Shown: positions 1-11,453, counted from the stretch's first letter. The stretch: DNA of 64,000 bases from Octopus bimaculoides (GCF_001194135.2 NC_068982.1:158934996-158998995), one strand, 5' to 3'. The notes: a model not told the origin generated them from the letters alone. Numbers and translations are program-made.

Positions 1-34
<34 letters not shown>

Positions 35-347
35 ATTATATATATTTCTATTTCAAAAGAAAAAGCTAACTGATTCCTAAATTGTGACCACTGGCGTCTT
101 CCTCGCACCAAAGAAACTTTCATGCTGCCATATGTTTCTTTCTGAAAATACACGTTATAGTCCATATGAAATTACGCACGTACCCGCAATTAATGTTTTA
201 TATGCCACTCTTAACTATATATAAAACAAACAATTGATATAGGCGAATGTATGCCTGCTTAAACGTGTACAAGTCTTAATGGCTTCATCTAGTTATGACG
301 GAAATATATCTCGAGCTACTTATGGCTCCTTGTAGTAATAATATTGA

Positions 348-553
348 TTTCAAAATTTTTGGCACAAAATCAGCAATTTCGGGGAGAGGAGTAAATTAAT
401 TGCATCTAACCCTCTACTCAGATTATACCTATTTTATCGATCAGAAAGGAGGAAAGGCAAAGTCGACCTCGGTGGAATTTGATCTCAGAGCTTGTAGACG
501 GACGAAATGCTGCTGATCATTTCGCTTGGCGTCTAACGATTCTGCCAGCTCAC
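348..553 (-). mobile_element. tRNA-derived SINE (abundant octopus-type family, 'gagctggcagaatcgttag' head)
   Basis: The reverse strand reads gagctggcagaatcgttagacgcc...ttccaccgaggtcgactttgcctttcc...aattgctgattttgtgccaaaa, which I recognise as a cephalopod SINE. Partial copies occur at about 23965-24072 and 53305-53325. Confidence 0.8.
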
Positions 554-1469
554 AACTTTACTTCTAATACTAATATTGAATGGTGAAACTCTATCAACTA
601 TTCCTCATTTACTATCTTATTTAGTGTTCTTATCAGTTAAACATATATCTTTCGCTCAAACATAAGGATAACATGAATTGTACAAGTTATAGATTGGATT
701 AATCTTGTTTTGAGTGGTATACATCTTGACCTACTTAAAGTTTCTTGTGCCACTAAGTATATAAAATAATCTATTTTCTTACATTCCAAAAGGTCATACA
801 CAGTTTAAATAAGTCCAGAATCTAGAGCTATATGTATCTCAAGTCAATCTTTACTATTACGTATGTCACTATTTTATGATTCCTTTTCCTAAAATATATT
901 TGAGGAACTATGAGCCACCGAATTTCCCAGTTCGCTTCATCTGCATGCACAGGTATAGCTTTGAAAAGTAAAGTATCAGATGGAGATATTGTAATACACA
1001 TGTTTTGAAGATGTATACTTCTCCTTTCCTATTCATGATGTCTTCTGTATACACTCTCAATGCTGCAAAATATCTAGACAACAAAAACTCAGGATTCAGC
1101 TGTCGAATGATCTACAGTCAAATTATATATCTTAATTCTCAGAACCGGAATTATGCACGAGTATTACTAAGGCAATTACCTGTATTCCAAATCCGTTTTC
1201 TTAACCACATATATGTGTATATGTATGCATGTTTGTGTTTGTGTGCGCGGGCGTGTGTGTATGTGTGTAAACATATATACAACCACATGAATAGGTGGCG
1301 TGGAGTGCGACGAGCTTTCTCGGTGTATTTACACCTCTCTGTCTACAGAGAGATGTTTTCCCCATGATAAAATATAATGTTGCGGGTTCGAGTATGCCTC
1401 GAGCATACAACTGGGAACAAGATTGTATTTATATACATCACTGTTTAGTGTTGTCTACACACATATACA

Positions 1470-1524
<55 letters not shown>

Positions 1525-2319
1525 NNNNNNNNNNNNNNNNNNNNNNNNNNNNNNNNNNNNNNNNNNNNNNNNNNNNNNNNNNNNNNNNNNNNNNNNNNNN
1601 NNNNNNNNNNNNNNNNNNNNNNNNNNNNNNNNNNNNNNNNNNNNNNNNNNNNNNNNNNNNNNNNNNNNNNNNNNNNNNNNNNNNNNNNNNNNNNNNNNNN
1701 NNNNNNNNNNNNNNNNNNNNNNNNNNNNNNNNNNNNNNNNNNNNNNNNNNNNNNNNNNNNNNNNNNNNNNNNNNNNNNNNNNNNNNNNNNNNNNNNNNNN
1801 NNNNNNNNNNNNNNNNNNNNNNNNNNNNNNNNNNNNNNNNNNNNNNNNNNNNNNNNNNNNNNNNNNNNNNNNNNNNNNNNNNNNNNNNNNNNNNNNNNNN
1901 NNNNNNNNNNNNNNNNNNNNNNNNNNNNNNNNNNNNNNNNNNNNNNNNNNNNNNNNNNNNNNNNNNNNNNNNNNNNNNNNNNNNNNNNNNNNNNNNNNNN
2001 NNNNNNNNNNNNNNNNNNNNNNNNNNNNNNNNNNNNNNNNNNNNNNNNNNNNNNNNNNNNNNNNNNNNNNNNNNNNNNNNNNNNNNNNNNNNNNNNNNNN
2101 NNNNNNNNNNNNNNNNNNNNNNNNNNNNNNNNNNNNNNNNNNNNNNNNNNNNNNNNNNNNNNNNNNNNNNNNNNNNNNNNNNNNNNNNNNNNNNNNNNNN
2201 NNNNNNNNNNNNNNNNNNNNNNNNNNNNNNNNNNNNNNNNNNNNNNNNNNNNNNNNNNNNNNNNNNNNNNNNNNNNNNNNNNNNNNNNNNNNNNNNNNNN
2301 NNNNNNNNNNNNNNNNNNN

Positions 2320-2370
<51 letters not shown>

Positions 2371-2510
2371 AGAATTGAATGAGTGAGACAAAACAGAAGG
2401 AAGTACCAAATTTGAATTGATTGAAACTACACAGTCCAAATGCTTACTAACCTTTTATATCTTCTAATTCAAAAACACATTTGAATGCTAAACTTTATTT
2501 TATACCTCAG

Positions 2511-2720
2511 TGTTGTATATATAATATAGCGAAGCAATTGGGAAGAAAACGTTGTCGACGCACTGCCATTACTATTACACGAGACTCAACCCTCTATATG
2601 CCGGATAAGAGTGAACTGCTTATCAACACGATCGACCAATCGCTTATAGTTATTTAATTTATAACAATGATTTAGTCCATCTTTAGTCATCTGGGTCGTG
2701 GTCGGAATCCTTCCACAACA
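2511..2720 (-). repeat. 3' LTR of the Gypsy element
   Basis: On the minus strand it starts TGTTGTGG directly after the PPT and ends ...ACAACA. It is similar to 5103-5317. The left boundary is approximate. Confidence 0.8.
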
Positions 2721-2732
2721 TCTCCGCCCTTT
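2721..2732 (-). other. Polypurine tract (PPT) of the Gypsy element
   Basis: Plus-strand tctccgcccttt equals minus-strand aaagggcggaga, immediately before the LTR TG. Confidence 0.75.
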
Positions 2733-2849
2733 AGAATCAGTCTCCCCAATCTTCTCCCATTTTAAGTATTGAACTCTGCTCCGATTTTAATATCTCTTAA
2801 GTTTAGTGTTCAATTCCAGTGTTTCCGTTCTTTTCCGTTTTCTAGTTCT

Positions 2850-4270
2850 AGAACGTGTAATTTCTAATTGTTTGGGTGTTGGTACCGCAAAATTGTCGTA
2901 CAATAATTCCATAGGGATTCCATTTCGCTTGTCTGCTTTTCCCGTGAATCATTTCTTAAGCTCGTTGATATGTCTTTTGTATTCGACATTTCTTCATTTT
3001 ACCAGGAATAGCATTCTTCCAATTTGCTTAATTATCACACTGTCCTTCCAGCTTTCCTTACAACATCTATAGGTTTAAAAAAAAACTTTGTCACCTAACT
3101 TGAAGAATTTTGAAGCATGTTTGTTGTTCGCCTTTCTTTTATTTTCGCTCAGTATCAGCTTGACCTAATTTCTTGGATGGTATATGCTCCATATTGAAAG
3201 CATAGATGAATAATATCCTACCACAGGGTTGTAACCTATTAGCAGTATGGGTAGGAATAATTTTTCCGACTCAAATGTCGTTAACAATGGATGGTGATTG
3301 CTTTGTAGAGGAAAATGTCTACAGTGCGAAAATTTGTGACACCTTTTCACGGCAAAAATGATCGCTAGAGATTCTTTTTCGATTTGACTATATTTTTTTC
3401 TCTGATGATATCAGAGTACGTGAGGCATGAACCACCGCCTTCATAATACAATCTTTATATTTATGCGGCATTATTGCTTCTATACCGTATTCAGACGCAT
3501 CTGACGCTACAGCAATCTTCGCTAACGACAAATCAGATATTAGTATTTTTTTTATTTCGTGAAACGCCCTTTGAGAATTTTCTCAACAGATTATTTAGTG
3601 GGACCCTCATTCTATGCATATTTGGAATATAATAGGGTAGTATTTTGCCGGCCTTCAAAATGCTTATAAGGTCACTCTATTAATCGGAGGTATCATATTT
3701 TTAATTGCGACTGCCCTCCACGGGGCTGATCGACGTCCATTTCTGTCAATAATTTATCCTAAATATCTTATTTTCGGTAAGAAAAATTCACACTTCTCTT
3801 CACTCAAAGTAAAGCCGTAATCCCTATATATATTTTTTCGAATACGCTTTTTACGTGCTCTGCGTGTTCATTGCTGGATTTATTTTAATGAGTATATCAT
3901 CCAGATATGTAATTAGTCAATTAACATTGCATCCATAACCTGTTGAAAAATCGCTGGTGTGACTTTTGAGCCAAGTGGTAACCTGTTATAAGTATACTCT
4001 CCTTTATGTGTGTTAATTTTGTTAAGTATTTCGACCATTCATCGCCTACTGTAATTTGTAGGTACGCGTCAGAGAGATGTTGCCACCGTTTAATTTTGTA
4101 AAAACATCCTCCGAAGTAGGTAGCGGATAGTGGCACATTGTAACACATTGGTTTAAACCAGTGGAAAAAGCAGCGCACACTCTGATTTTATTATTATTTT
4201 TTCTTAATCTACACAGCTGGTGCTGCCCATTTAGAATATTCCACCTTTTGGAGAACTTGATAAATTTTTG
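2850..4270 (-). pseudogene. Degenerate Gypsy pol (RT, RNase H-like, integrase C-terminus)
   Basis: Minus-strand translations with frameshifts and stops: KVEYSKWAAPAV*IKKNNNKIRVCAAFSTGLN; LSDAYLQITV; YYIPNMHRMRVPLNNLLRK; VASDASE; KAVVHASRTLISSEKKYSQIEKESLAI; LGDKVFF...SWKDSVIIKQIGRMLFLVK...KRHINELKK. Confidence 0.9.
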
Positions 4271-4369
4271 TCGTGATATTTTTTGTCTATATTCATATTC
4301 GTTACCGGTCGAAACGCTTGAATCAGAGAACAGTCTTTCTCTTCAGTTTTATTTCAATCATGTATTAGA

Positions 4370-5005
4370 TTAATAATCCTCTGACATTCTTCTGCTACTG
4401 CCTGTACAATCAAATTTTGGTCTTGTTCTAATTTTGTTAATATCCATGAACTCTTTGTTTGCAATAAGCCCTTGAACAAAAACTAGAATGAAAATATCCG
4501 GGGTCAACTCGTTCACTTTGAATTTTTCACACTCTTTGTTAAAAACTCGGGCATAGGTGACGATATTATTATCTTTTTTGATCAAATTTAAATATTGCCA
4601 GCGAGTATTGAATAGGGAACCTCTTTTGTTGAAACTTTTCGATGAAATATTAGTTGTTTCATGCAAAAACCTCTCACCTGGCTTCTTCAGCACAATATTA
4701 TCACTATATTTTTCGTGTTAGGCAGGAGATAACATTCTTAAAAGTAGTCGTTATCGGACCAACTTTTACACACCTCTTTGAAGATTTCTGCGTATCTACA
4801 AAAATATGCAGAGAAGGTAGTACCTTCTGGTTTACAGATGAATTCTTCACTTGAGTTTGATAAGCAGTCTTACACAAAAAGCCTGAAATATGTTCAGACG
4901 TCTTCAGCATTAATTTCAACAACCGTTGGTTTTACTGTTTCTGCTGCTGTAACTGCTGTTGTTGTTGCTGCTTTTGCTGTTGAAACTGCACCACAGGGCC
5001 ATTAC
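4370..5005 (-). pseudogene. Degenerate Gypsy gag
   Basis: A Q-rich N-terminus (QFQQQKQQQQQQLQQQ) is followed by SLFNTRWQYLNLIKKD...ARVFNKECEKFKVNELTPDIFILVFVQGL, typical of K02A2.6-like gag. Confidence 0.8.
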
Positions 5006-5102
5006 GTCTTACAAGTTAAAATAATATTTTCTTTGGTTTCGTACCAAAAAACAATTTAAGAGTCCAAAACAAGCTTCGAACGATACGTTGTCCCTTTTGT
5101 AT

Positions 5103-5317
5103 CCTTGTATTTGATATAAAGTATAACGAAGCCGGGGAAAAAGTATATACACGGTGAAATACTATTACTATTACACGAAAATCAACGCACTATATCACGG
5201 GTAACAGTGAACTGCTTACCGACTCGAACTGCCAATTCCTCACAGTTCTCTAATTTATAAAAATGAGTCAGTCCACCTTTAGTCAACTGGGATGGTGGTC
5301 GGAATCCTTCCACAATA
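5103..5317 (-). repeat. 5' LTR of the Gypsy element
   Basis: Diverged direct repeat of 2511-2720. Its terminus reads TA rather than TG on the minus strand. Confidence 0.75.
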
Positions 5318-5685
5318 CTTTACTAACTAAACCATATTATGATTTGGAAATAGGGACGACATTGAACACTTCCAGTAGTTATCATACAAAACAACGAATA
5401 TGTTACTCTCACCATATATGTAACACAAAATAATCTGATATGATAAATTCAAGTTTTTGTATTTTCCATGCGAGCAATGTCAAACTATCTGCAAATGTTT
5501 GACTTATTCATGTGTAGACACTGTAGATTATATGATACTGCAATATATAACACAATGTGCTAAAGGGACTACATTGTTTAACTGTATTAAATAAATTGCA
5601 CTTATATCAAAATTTAGTGTACTTGTCTGACGAAAACAAATTTAAGTTGACAATCTTGAGCCGTAGGTTAAGAACTGGCTTTTAA

Positions 5686-5778
<93 letters not shown>
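5686..5778. repeat. (ATT)n microsatellite / (AAT)n 3' tail of the adjacent LINE
   Basis: Pure ATT run directly visible. Confidence 0.95.
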
Positions 5779-6742
5779 TTATGTTTCACTTTTGTTTTGC
5801 ATTTGTACAAGTTGGATCCAAGTCTCACCCAGAGACCTCAAGAGACAACAAGTTAGAAGTTCATGTAGGTGTTATGCCTAGGGTACCATATATNNNNNNN
5901 NNNNNNNNNNNNNNNNNNNNNNNNNNNNNNNNNNNNNNNNNNNNNNNNNNNNNNNNNNNNNNNNNNNNNNNNNNNNNNNNNNNNNNNNNNNNNNNNNNNN
6001 NNNNNNNNNNNNNNNNNNNNNNNNNNNNNNNNNNNNNNNNNNNNNNNNNNNNNNNNNNNNNNNNNNNNNNNNNNNNNNNNNNNNNNNNNNNNNNNNNNNN
6101 NNNNNNNNNNNNNNNNNNNNNNNNNNNNNNNNNNNNNNNNNNNNNNNNNNNNNNNNNNNNNNNNNNNNNNNNNNNNNNNNNNNNNNNNNNNNNNNNNNNN
6201 NNNNNNNNNNNNNNNNNNNNNNNNNNNNNNNNNNNNNNNNNNNNNNNNNNNNNNNNNNNNNNNNNNNNNNNNNNNNNNNNNNNNNNNNNNNNNNNNNNNN
6301 NNNNNNNNNNNNNNNNNNNNNNNNNNNNNNNNNNNNNNNNNNNNNNNNNNNNNNNNNNNNNNNNNNNNNNNNNNNNNNNNNNNNNNNNNNNNNNNNNNNN
6401 NNNNNNNNNNNNNNNNNNNNNNNNNNNNNNNNNNNNNNNNNNNNNNNNNNNNNNNNNNNNNNNNNNNNNNNNNNNNNNNNNNNNNNNNNNNNNNNNNNNN
6501 NNNNNNNNNNNNNNNNNNNNNNNNNNNNNNNNNNNNNNNNNNNNNNNNNNNNNNNNNNNNNNNNNNNNNNNNNNNNNNNNNNNNNNNNNNNNNNNNNNNN
6601 NNNNNNNNNNNCATAATGGGGAGCTGCCGTTCTTTAATATGTTGGCCTGGTAGTTCTTTGTAGGTAGGCATTGATCTTGGGCTGCTATGATAAACCCCTC
6701 TGTTTCTGATTTCAAGCCAGAGGCCATTAACCATTGGTGGGT
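5779..6742 (-). mobile_element. 5'-truncated RLE-type non-LTR retrotransposon (R4/Dong- or NeSL-like), middle hidden in an N gap
   Basis: The minus strand reads THQWLMASGLKSETEGFIIAAQDQCLPTKNYQANILKNGSSP, the region just before the CCHC zinc knuckle of RLE LINEs. After the gap come ...GTLGITPT*, a short 3' UTR and an (AAT)n tail. Confidence 0.85.
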
Positions 6743-6756
6743 TAGGGTTAGGGTTA
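6739..6756 (+). repeat. Three telomere-type (GGGTTA) units
   Basis: gggttagggttagggtta is directly visible between the LINE 5' end and an (ATT)n tract. Confidence 0.9.

Positions 6757-6820
<64 letters not shown>
6757..6820. repeat. (ATT)n microsatellite
   Basis: Pure ATT run directly visible. Confidence 0.95.
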
Positions 6821-6821
<1 letters not shown>

Positions 6822-7779
6822 CATATTTATTTATTTAACTGACGAAATTCTATGAACTTAGTTACCTGTGAGTGACTGTATTATTCTGTGAGAACTTTAT
6901 GCTATCGCCGTTGGATTATTTCCGCACATAATTCTACATCTATTTTGGAATTTGTTATAATTATTCTTATAATTATTTTCATAAACACTCAACATAATGA
7001 GTGTCTAATTATACAATCGAAGAAATTTATTTATTTTTTAACTTGATAACTACTTTCCAACGACGGTTTTGTATTGAGTTAGAAAGGAAAGACTGGATAT
7101 TTACAGATCAGAATTCTGTTCAGATGATAAGTCCAAATTGTTTAATCTTTGGCTAATACTTACACAGATTTATTATCAATATCCCAGTTGATTTCGACCA
7201 TTTGATAAATATTATGTTTGTGACTAACGTATATTTTCTGCGTGATATAAAGACACAGCAACGGCAGTCAACTTACGTCTATTCTACTGATGGATTCAAT
7301 AGATTTGGTGTTCCTTATACACTGCAAGAAACTCGTAAAAATATATGAAGATTAAAAATAATTGAAAAATCAAATTTCAATGACTGAAATTTCTTCACCG
7401 GTGATTAGATCTGGGATATAACGTTCCTTTAAATAAGAAAATATCAATTTAGCATTGTTCATATATACCCGATTATAATAGATATTCGAATTTAACTCTA
7501 TTAAATGACCGACAGTAAATAATTATACAACATTCGTATTAATTTTCATATCATTCTCTTGTGATGGATACAGTTATTACAATTAAAGTATACGGCAATA
7601 ACATTCACAGTTATTTCCTACAAAACATGAGGCACTCTATATTTGCTAGAAATCACATTTCTTTTATGTTAATGTTGCTGCCGTAAAATTGCATGAATCT
7701 TAATTTGAGATAATATTTTACTGCAGATGATTTTTTTGTTATAACTTACTATAAAATTTATATTATAAATGGAACTTAC

Positions 7780-7879
7780 CGACACGAATTGTCCTTGGAA
7801 GACATTCCACAGAACGAAAACTGTAGGTGCATATAATAGCTACAAGAAATATTTGTACTCCCCAGATATTTCCTTTCAT
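7780..7879 (-). CDS. First coding exon (signal peptide) of a probable ionotropic glutamate receptor (kainate/AMPA-like); partial CDS continuing left of the window
   Basis: ATG at 7879 gives MKGNIWGVQIFLVAIICTYSFRSVECLPRTIRV+G, then a canonical G|GTAAGT donor (7774-7779). A hydrophobic signal peptide, an 'LP..I.(I/V)G' mature N-terminus and a phase-1 intron in that Gly match iGluR exon 1 architecture. Other receptors with an ANF-type domain are not excluded. Confidence 0.65.
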
Positions 7880-8220
7880 CCTTATGGTTCCTCTTTCGGT
7901 GTACAAATCTTGTTCTTCTTTTGGCATTGCTATTTTGTGCAATTGCGTTTTTGAAAATTCAAATCGCACAAATCGTAAAGCCCTGTAATTCCTGGACTTA
8001 TTGAATTCAGGTCAAGTTCAGTGTTAATTTCATGTTGACATATATTTAAAAGTTACTAATTTTTGTTTCCTGATACCCACTCGTTATCCGTCTCCGTCTT
8101 TCTACTTCTAATCTCCACCTATGTTGTCGTAAATATCACCATTATTCACATATTTAGACCTTCCGAAAACAAATTCAGCCTTTCCGAATTCATATTTTTT
8201 CTGCTGTTCCGAGAAAAAGT
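7880..8220 (-). other. 5' UTR portion of the same exon, bounded by a strong splice acceptor
   Basis: Minus-strand atttatttattttttatttgtttttcag| (AG at 8222-8221) is a polypyrimidine tract plus CAG. This implies at least one further untranslated exon to the right. Confidence 0.55.
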
Positions 8221-10476
8221 CTGAAAAACAAATAAAAAATAAATAAATATATATATATATATATAAACAAAGTATATAATTGAAAATAAACTATAATATA
8301 TTTTCATTTAAAAATCTGAATGAATTATGAACCTCAAAATGTACGAATAATGACTTCCTTAAATTAGCATTCTGAGAGATTTAATTTAGAGATGTAGTCA
8401 TTTGAATGAAATATAGCACATACATGATAGAAATATTGTCAACGGTTTTAGGGAAGGTGTACTAAACTGGGACACCAAAGATCAAATGTGATCGATAATA
8501 TATCTAAAATTGTTATTATGATTGATGAAAAGAGAGTTGTTTTGCAGAACTGGCACGTGATGGATTTAATTACTAGCTTTAATTACTTCCGTTTAGTATG
8601 TTTTATAAGTATTCTTAGTCAACCTTGACATTCATCTATTCTAATTACCTCCTGGTATCATTTATCATTTATTTTTTCAATATATATTACTCCACAATTC
8701 ACAATAACTATTTAGACTATTCCTAATTACAATAGGAAAAAGAAAGCAATCATCTAATTAGAAACGTAAAACGAGTAGCACTTGAATAAGTGCCTCTGAA
8801 AAATGAGTTCTTGTGTTTATGCTTGAAAATGTGAATGGCTATTCGTGGCTTGAAATCTACATAAAATATGACTTTATGCTACTGTCAGCTACACGATATC
8901 TTACGTCACTTCGAAAAAAATAGAACACTACTATCATTGATAATGTTGAGTTTTAGAAATGAAAATCAAAATACAATTTTTGTTTTAAAAAAAGAATGTT
9001 ATATGTGAAATACTCAAATTTTCACTGTCTACGTTTTATTCTGTACAGAACGCTCTCCAATTTTGCAATACATTATTTATTACAGAATCACTCATTTCTT
9101 AAAGATAATTTTAACAAAAAAGGCAAAGGCATTGATGAGAAAATTGACGATGACCGAATGAATTCAGTCCAGTAGGAATCAAATAGAAAAGTCATAATCA
9201 TCTTACCACATTCGATTATATGACGAAATTTCAGTGATCATTAAATCTGATCATAAATCCGATAGGCCAGTCTTGTATTGCAATATCCATTATTAGAATT
9301 TATAATATTAAGTATAATTGCATATTTTTTGAGAGATACCTGTCTAGATATCTTAAAGTAGACAATGGCCGACTATACTGAGTCCTAGTTTTTGATTTAA
9401 ACTTCATTTTTGGACACTCAGAAATTAATACAACCTGAGACTGGAAGTAGTTGGATTCGGAATGTAAATGGATTGATTAGGTGAGTGTGGTACTTCATTG
9501 TTTCTGAAAATTAATGTTATCAAGAAGATACTTTTTTACATTGCCACTTTGTAGTTGTCTGCTGGGTAGACTTATCTCTCGGTAAATCAACGCTATCGTA
9601 GTACTTGATGCTATCAACCAGGTAAGAATGATTAGCAAGTTTAGCATAGGAGACAGGCATGTAATTCAAAATGAATGTACGTAGCTTTGTATGCTATGGA
9701 ATCATGTCGGCACTAAGCACATCGAGATTCCTTTAGTAATAAACGAAACAACTCTCTCTAATATATTCGTTCAGCTTTCTGGTATGAAGTGACATGACAA
9801 ACACCCAAATCAAATCCAGAATTTTTTTGAAAGACTAAATTAACCAGAAGAATTCTCACTCACAACATTGGAAATGGTCGCCAGTAAGATTTCTTACGAA
9901 TCGTGCTAATTCAAAATGATTTTAATAATTCTAATAATAGATGTTTTGCATATTATTTCATTGTGGCAATGAAAACAGCAGCATCATTTATTATTTATTA
10001 GTAACAATTTCTTTTTTATTTACATATCTTCGTATATTTTGTTCATATGCAACGTTTATACTATTGCATGTAAACCTACATGTTAATAAAAATAGAGGCA
10101 AGCGGATAAGCGGAGTTTTCAGCCTTATTTTAATGAACATTGAAAACAAAATGCAGATAATAATTTCCAGCAATTTGAATTAAATGACATCCTAAAGTAC
10201 CTCGTTCAAAAATATAATAACAACTAGTTTAACAGATATGTTTCTGAGCTTATTGAAATAATAGTATTATTTTCCATTTTAACCATTATTTTTTCTTACT
10301 TTTTTACATTCACTTGGCCTAAAGCAAACCAATGAATTCAGTCACGATGTTAAAGATAGATTTTCACTTGAAACAAAGCTTAAGGGACAGTTAAAACTAA
10401 AAACGAAAATTTAAATTCGATTTAAATACATATAGTTTGATTTCTTTCTAAGACGGCAATTCACTTACTACAGCAC

Positions 10477-10512
10477 ATACATGCATACATACATACATAC
10501 ATGCATACATAC

Positions 10513-10543
<31 letters not shown>

Positions 10544-10560
10544 CATACATACATACATAC
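10477..10560. repeat. (CATA)n microsatellite
   Basis: Directly visible. Similar (CATA/TATG)n, (GATA)n, (CA)n, (GA)n and (TA)n tracts occur throughout and flank most N gaps. Confidence 0.9.
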
Positions 10561-10595
10561 ATGTGTATTTACATATACGTTTCCATGTATACATG

Positions 10596-10716
10596 TATAC
10601 ATGAATAAATGCAGACACACGGGCATACATATACACAAACATACATATATGTGAGTCTATACATATATTCGTATGTGTATGCGTGTGCCTGTCTTTCTGT
10701 GTGCATATATGTGTCT
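10596..10716 (+). repeat. 121-bp direct repeat, copy 1
   Basis: tatacatgaataaatgcagacacacgggc...gtgtct matches 14023-14143 with 2 mismatches. Confidence 0.9.
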
Positions 10717-11453
10717 TAGAATATGTTAACTGCAGGTGGAGAGAAATCGTTTTGTCTCATTGTTTCTGGCTATTTCTAAAATAATATAAGATTTATGTAT
10801 ACACCTGAAGTGGGCAAAAAACGAAAAAGGAATTGAAAGATATACAAATACATGCATGCGTATGTATAATTGCGTGTGGATATGTCTTGCGTATGTGTGT
10901 ATAGTTTCCGAATTTTACCGTGTGATAAACTCTGATTCTTCCCTCTTTATCTGCCTACCTTGTCTATTTATACATCCTTGTATCTATATCCCACTCAAAA
11001 ATTCCACACACATAAGAGACACTCTCTCCCTCCCTCTGCTTCTCCCTCACACACACCCACACAAGCACACACGCACGCACATACAAAAGCACAGCTATCT
11101 CTCTCACTGTAACTTGCTTCTTCTGTGATTTCTTTGCGCTTGTAAGTATATTTATATATAGAGAGACATAGATAATCAGACAGGCAGACAAACATACAGA
11201 GAAATAGACAGACAAATGTACATACATGCATGCTTACGTACTTACATATATACATACAGGTATGCATACATACACACACATACATAGAAGTAAACTAGCG
11301 CCAGTGTATATTTATATTCCCACCGATGACTCATAGTAAAAAGTAATTTATTTCGTTTTTCTATTTTCTAATTATATTCGGTGTCCTAGTTTTGTTTCCT
11401 GCACTCAACCCGGAAAGAATTGAAATGATGTAGAAATAAATAAATACGTGGTG

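Larger units (their letters stand above)
2511..5317 (-). mobile_element. Internally deleted Ty3/Gypsy LTR retrotransposon (K02A2.6-like) with both LTRs
   Basis: Diverged ~210-bp direct repeats at ~2511-2720 and ~5103-5317 share 'attactattacacga', 'gtgaactgctta' and 'tggtcggaatccttccacaa'. On the minus strand a PPT (aaagggcggaga) abuts a TG LTR start at 2720. Gag, RT, RNase H and integrase C-terminal remnants lie between the repeats. Confidence 0.9.

Noticed and set aside
60-154. Minus-strand acceptor (ttttcag at 143-149) as possible exon 2 of the glutamate receptor
   Set aside because: With a phase-1 join it gives E-RNIWQHESFFGARKTPVVTI*, which lacks the expected G-x-(L/I)F start and hits a stop.
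625-638. 14-nt match to U2 snRNA (tgttcttatcagtt)
   Set aside because: The flanks do not continue the U2 sequence, so it is a chance match.
1295-2439. Long ORFs containing X runs (also at 5.8-6.8, 12.6-13.9, 17.8-18.8, 22.8-23.4, 36.7-37.9, 38.1-38.7 and 59.3-60.3 kb)
   Set aside because: They stay open only because N gaps contain no stop codons and the flanks are microsatellites.
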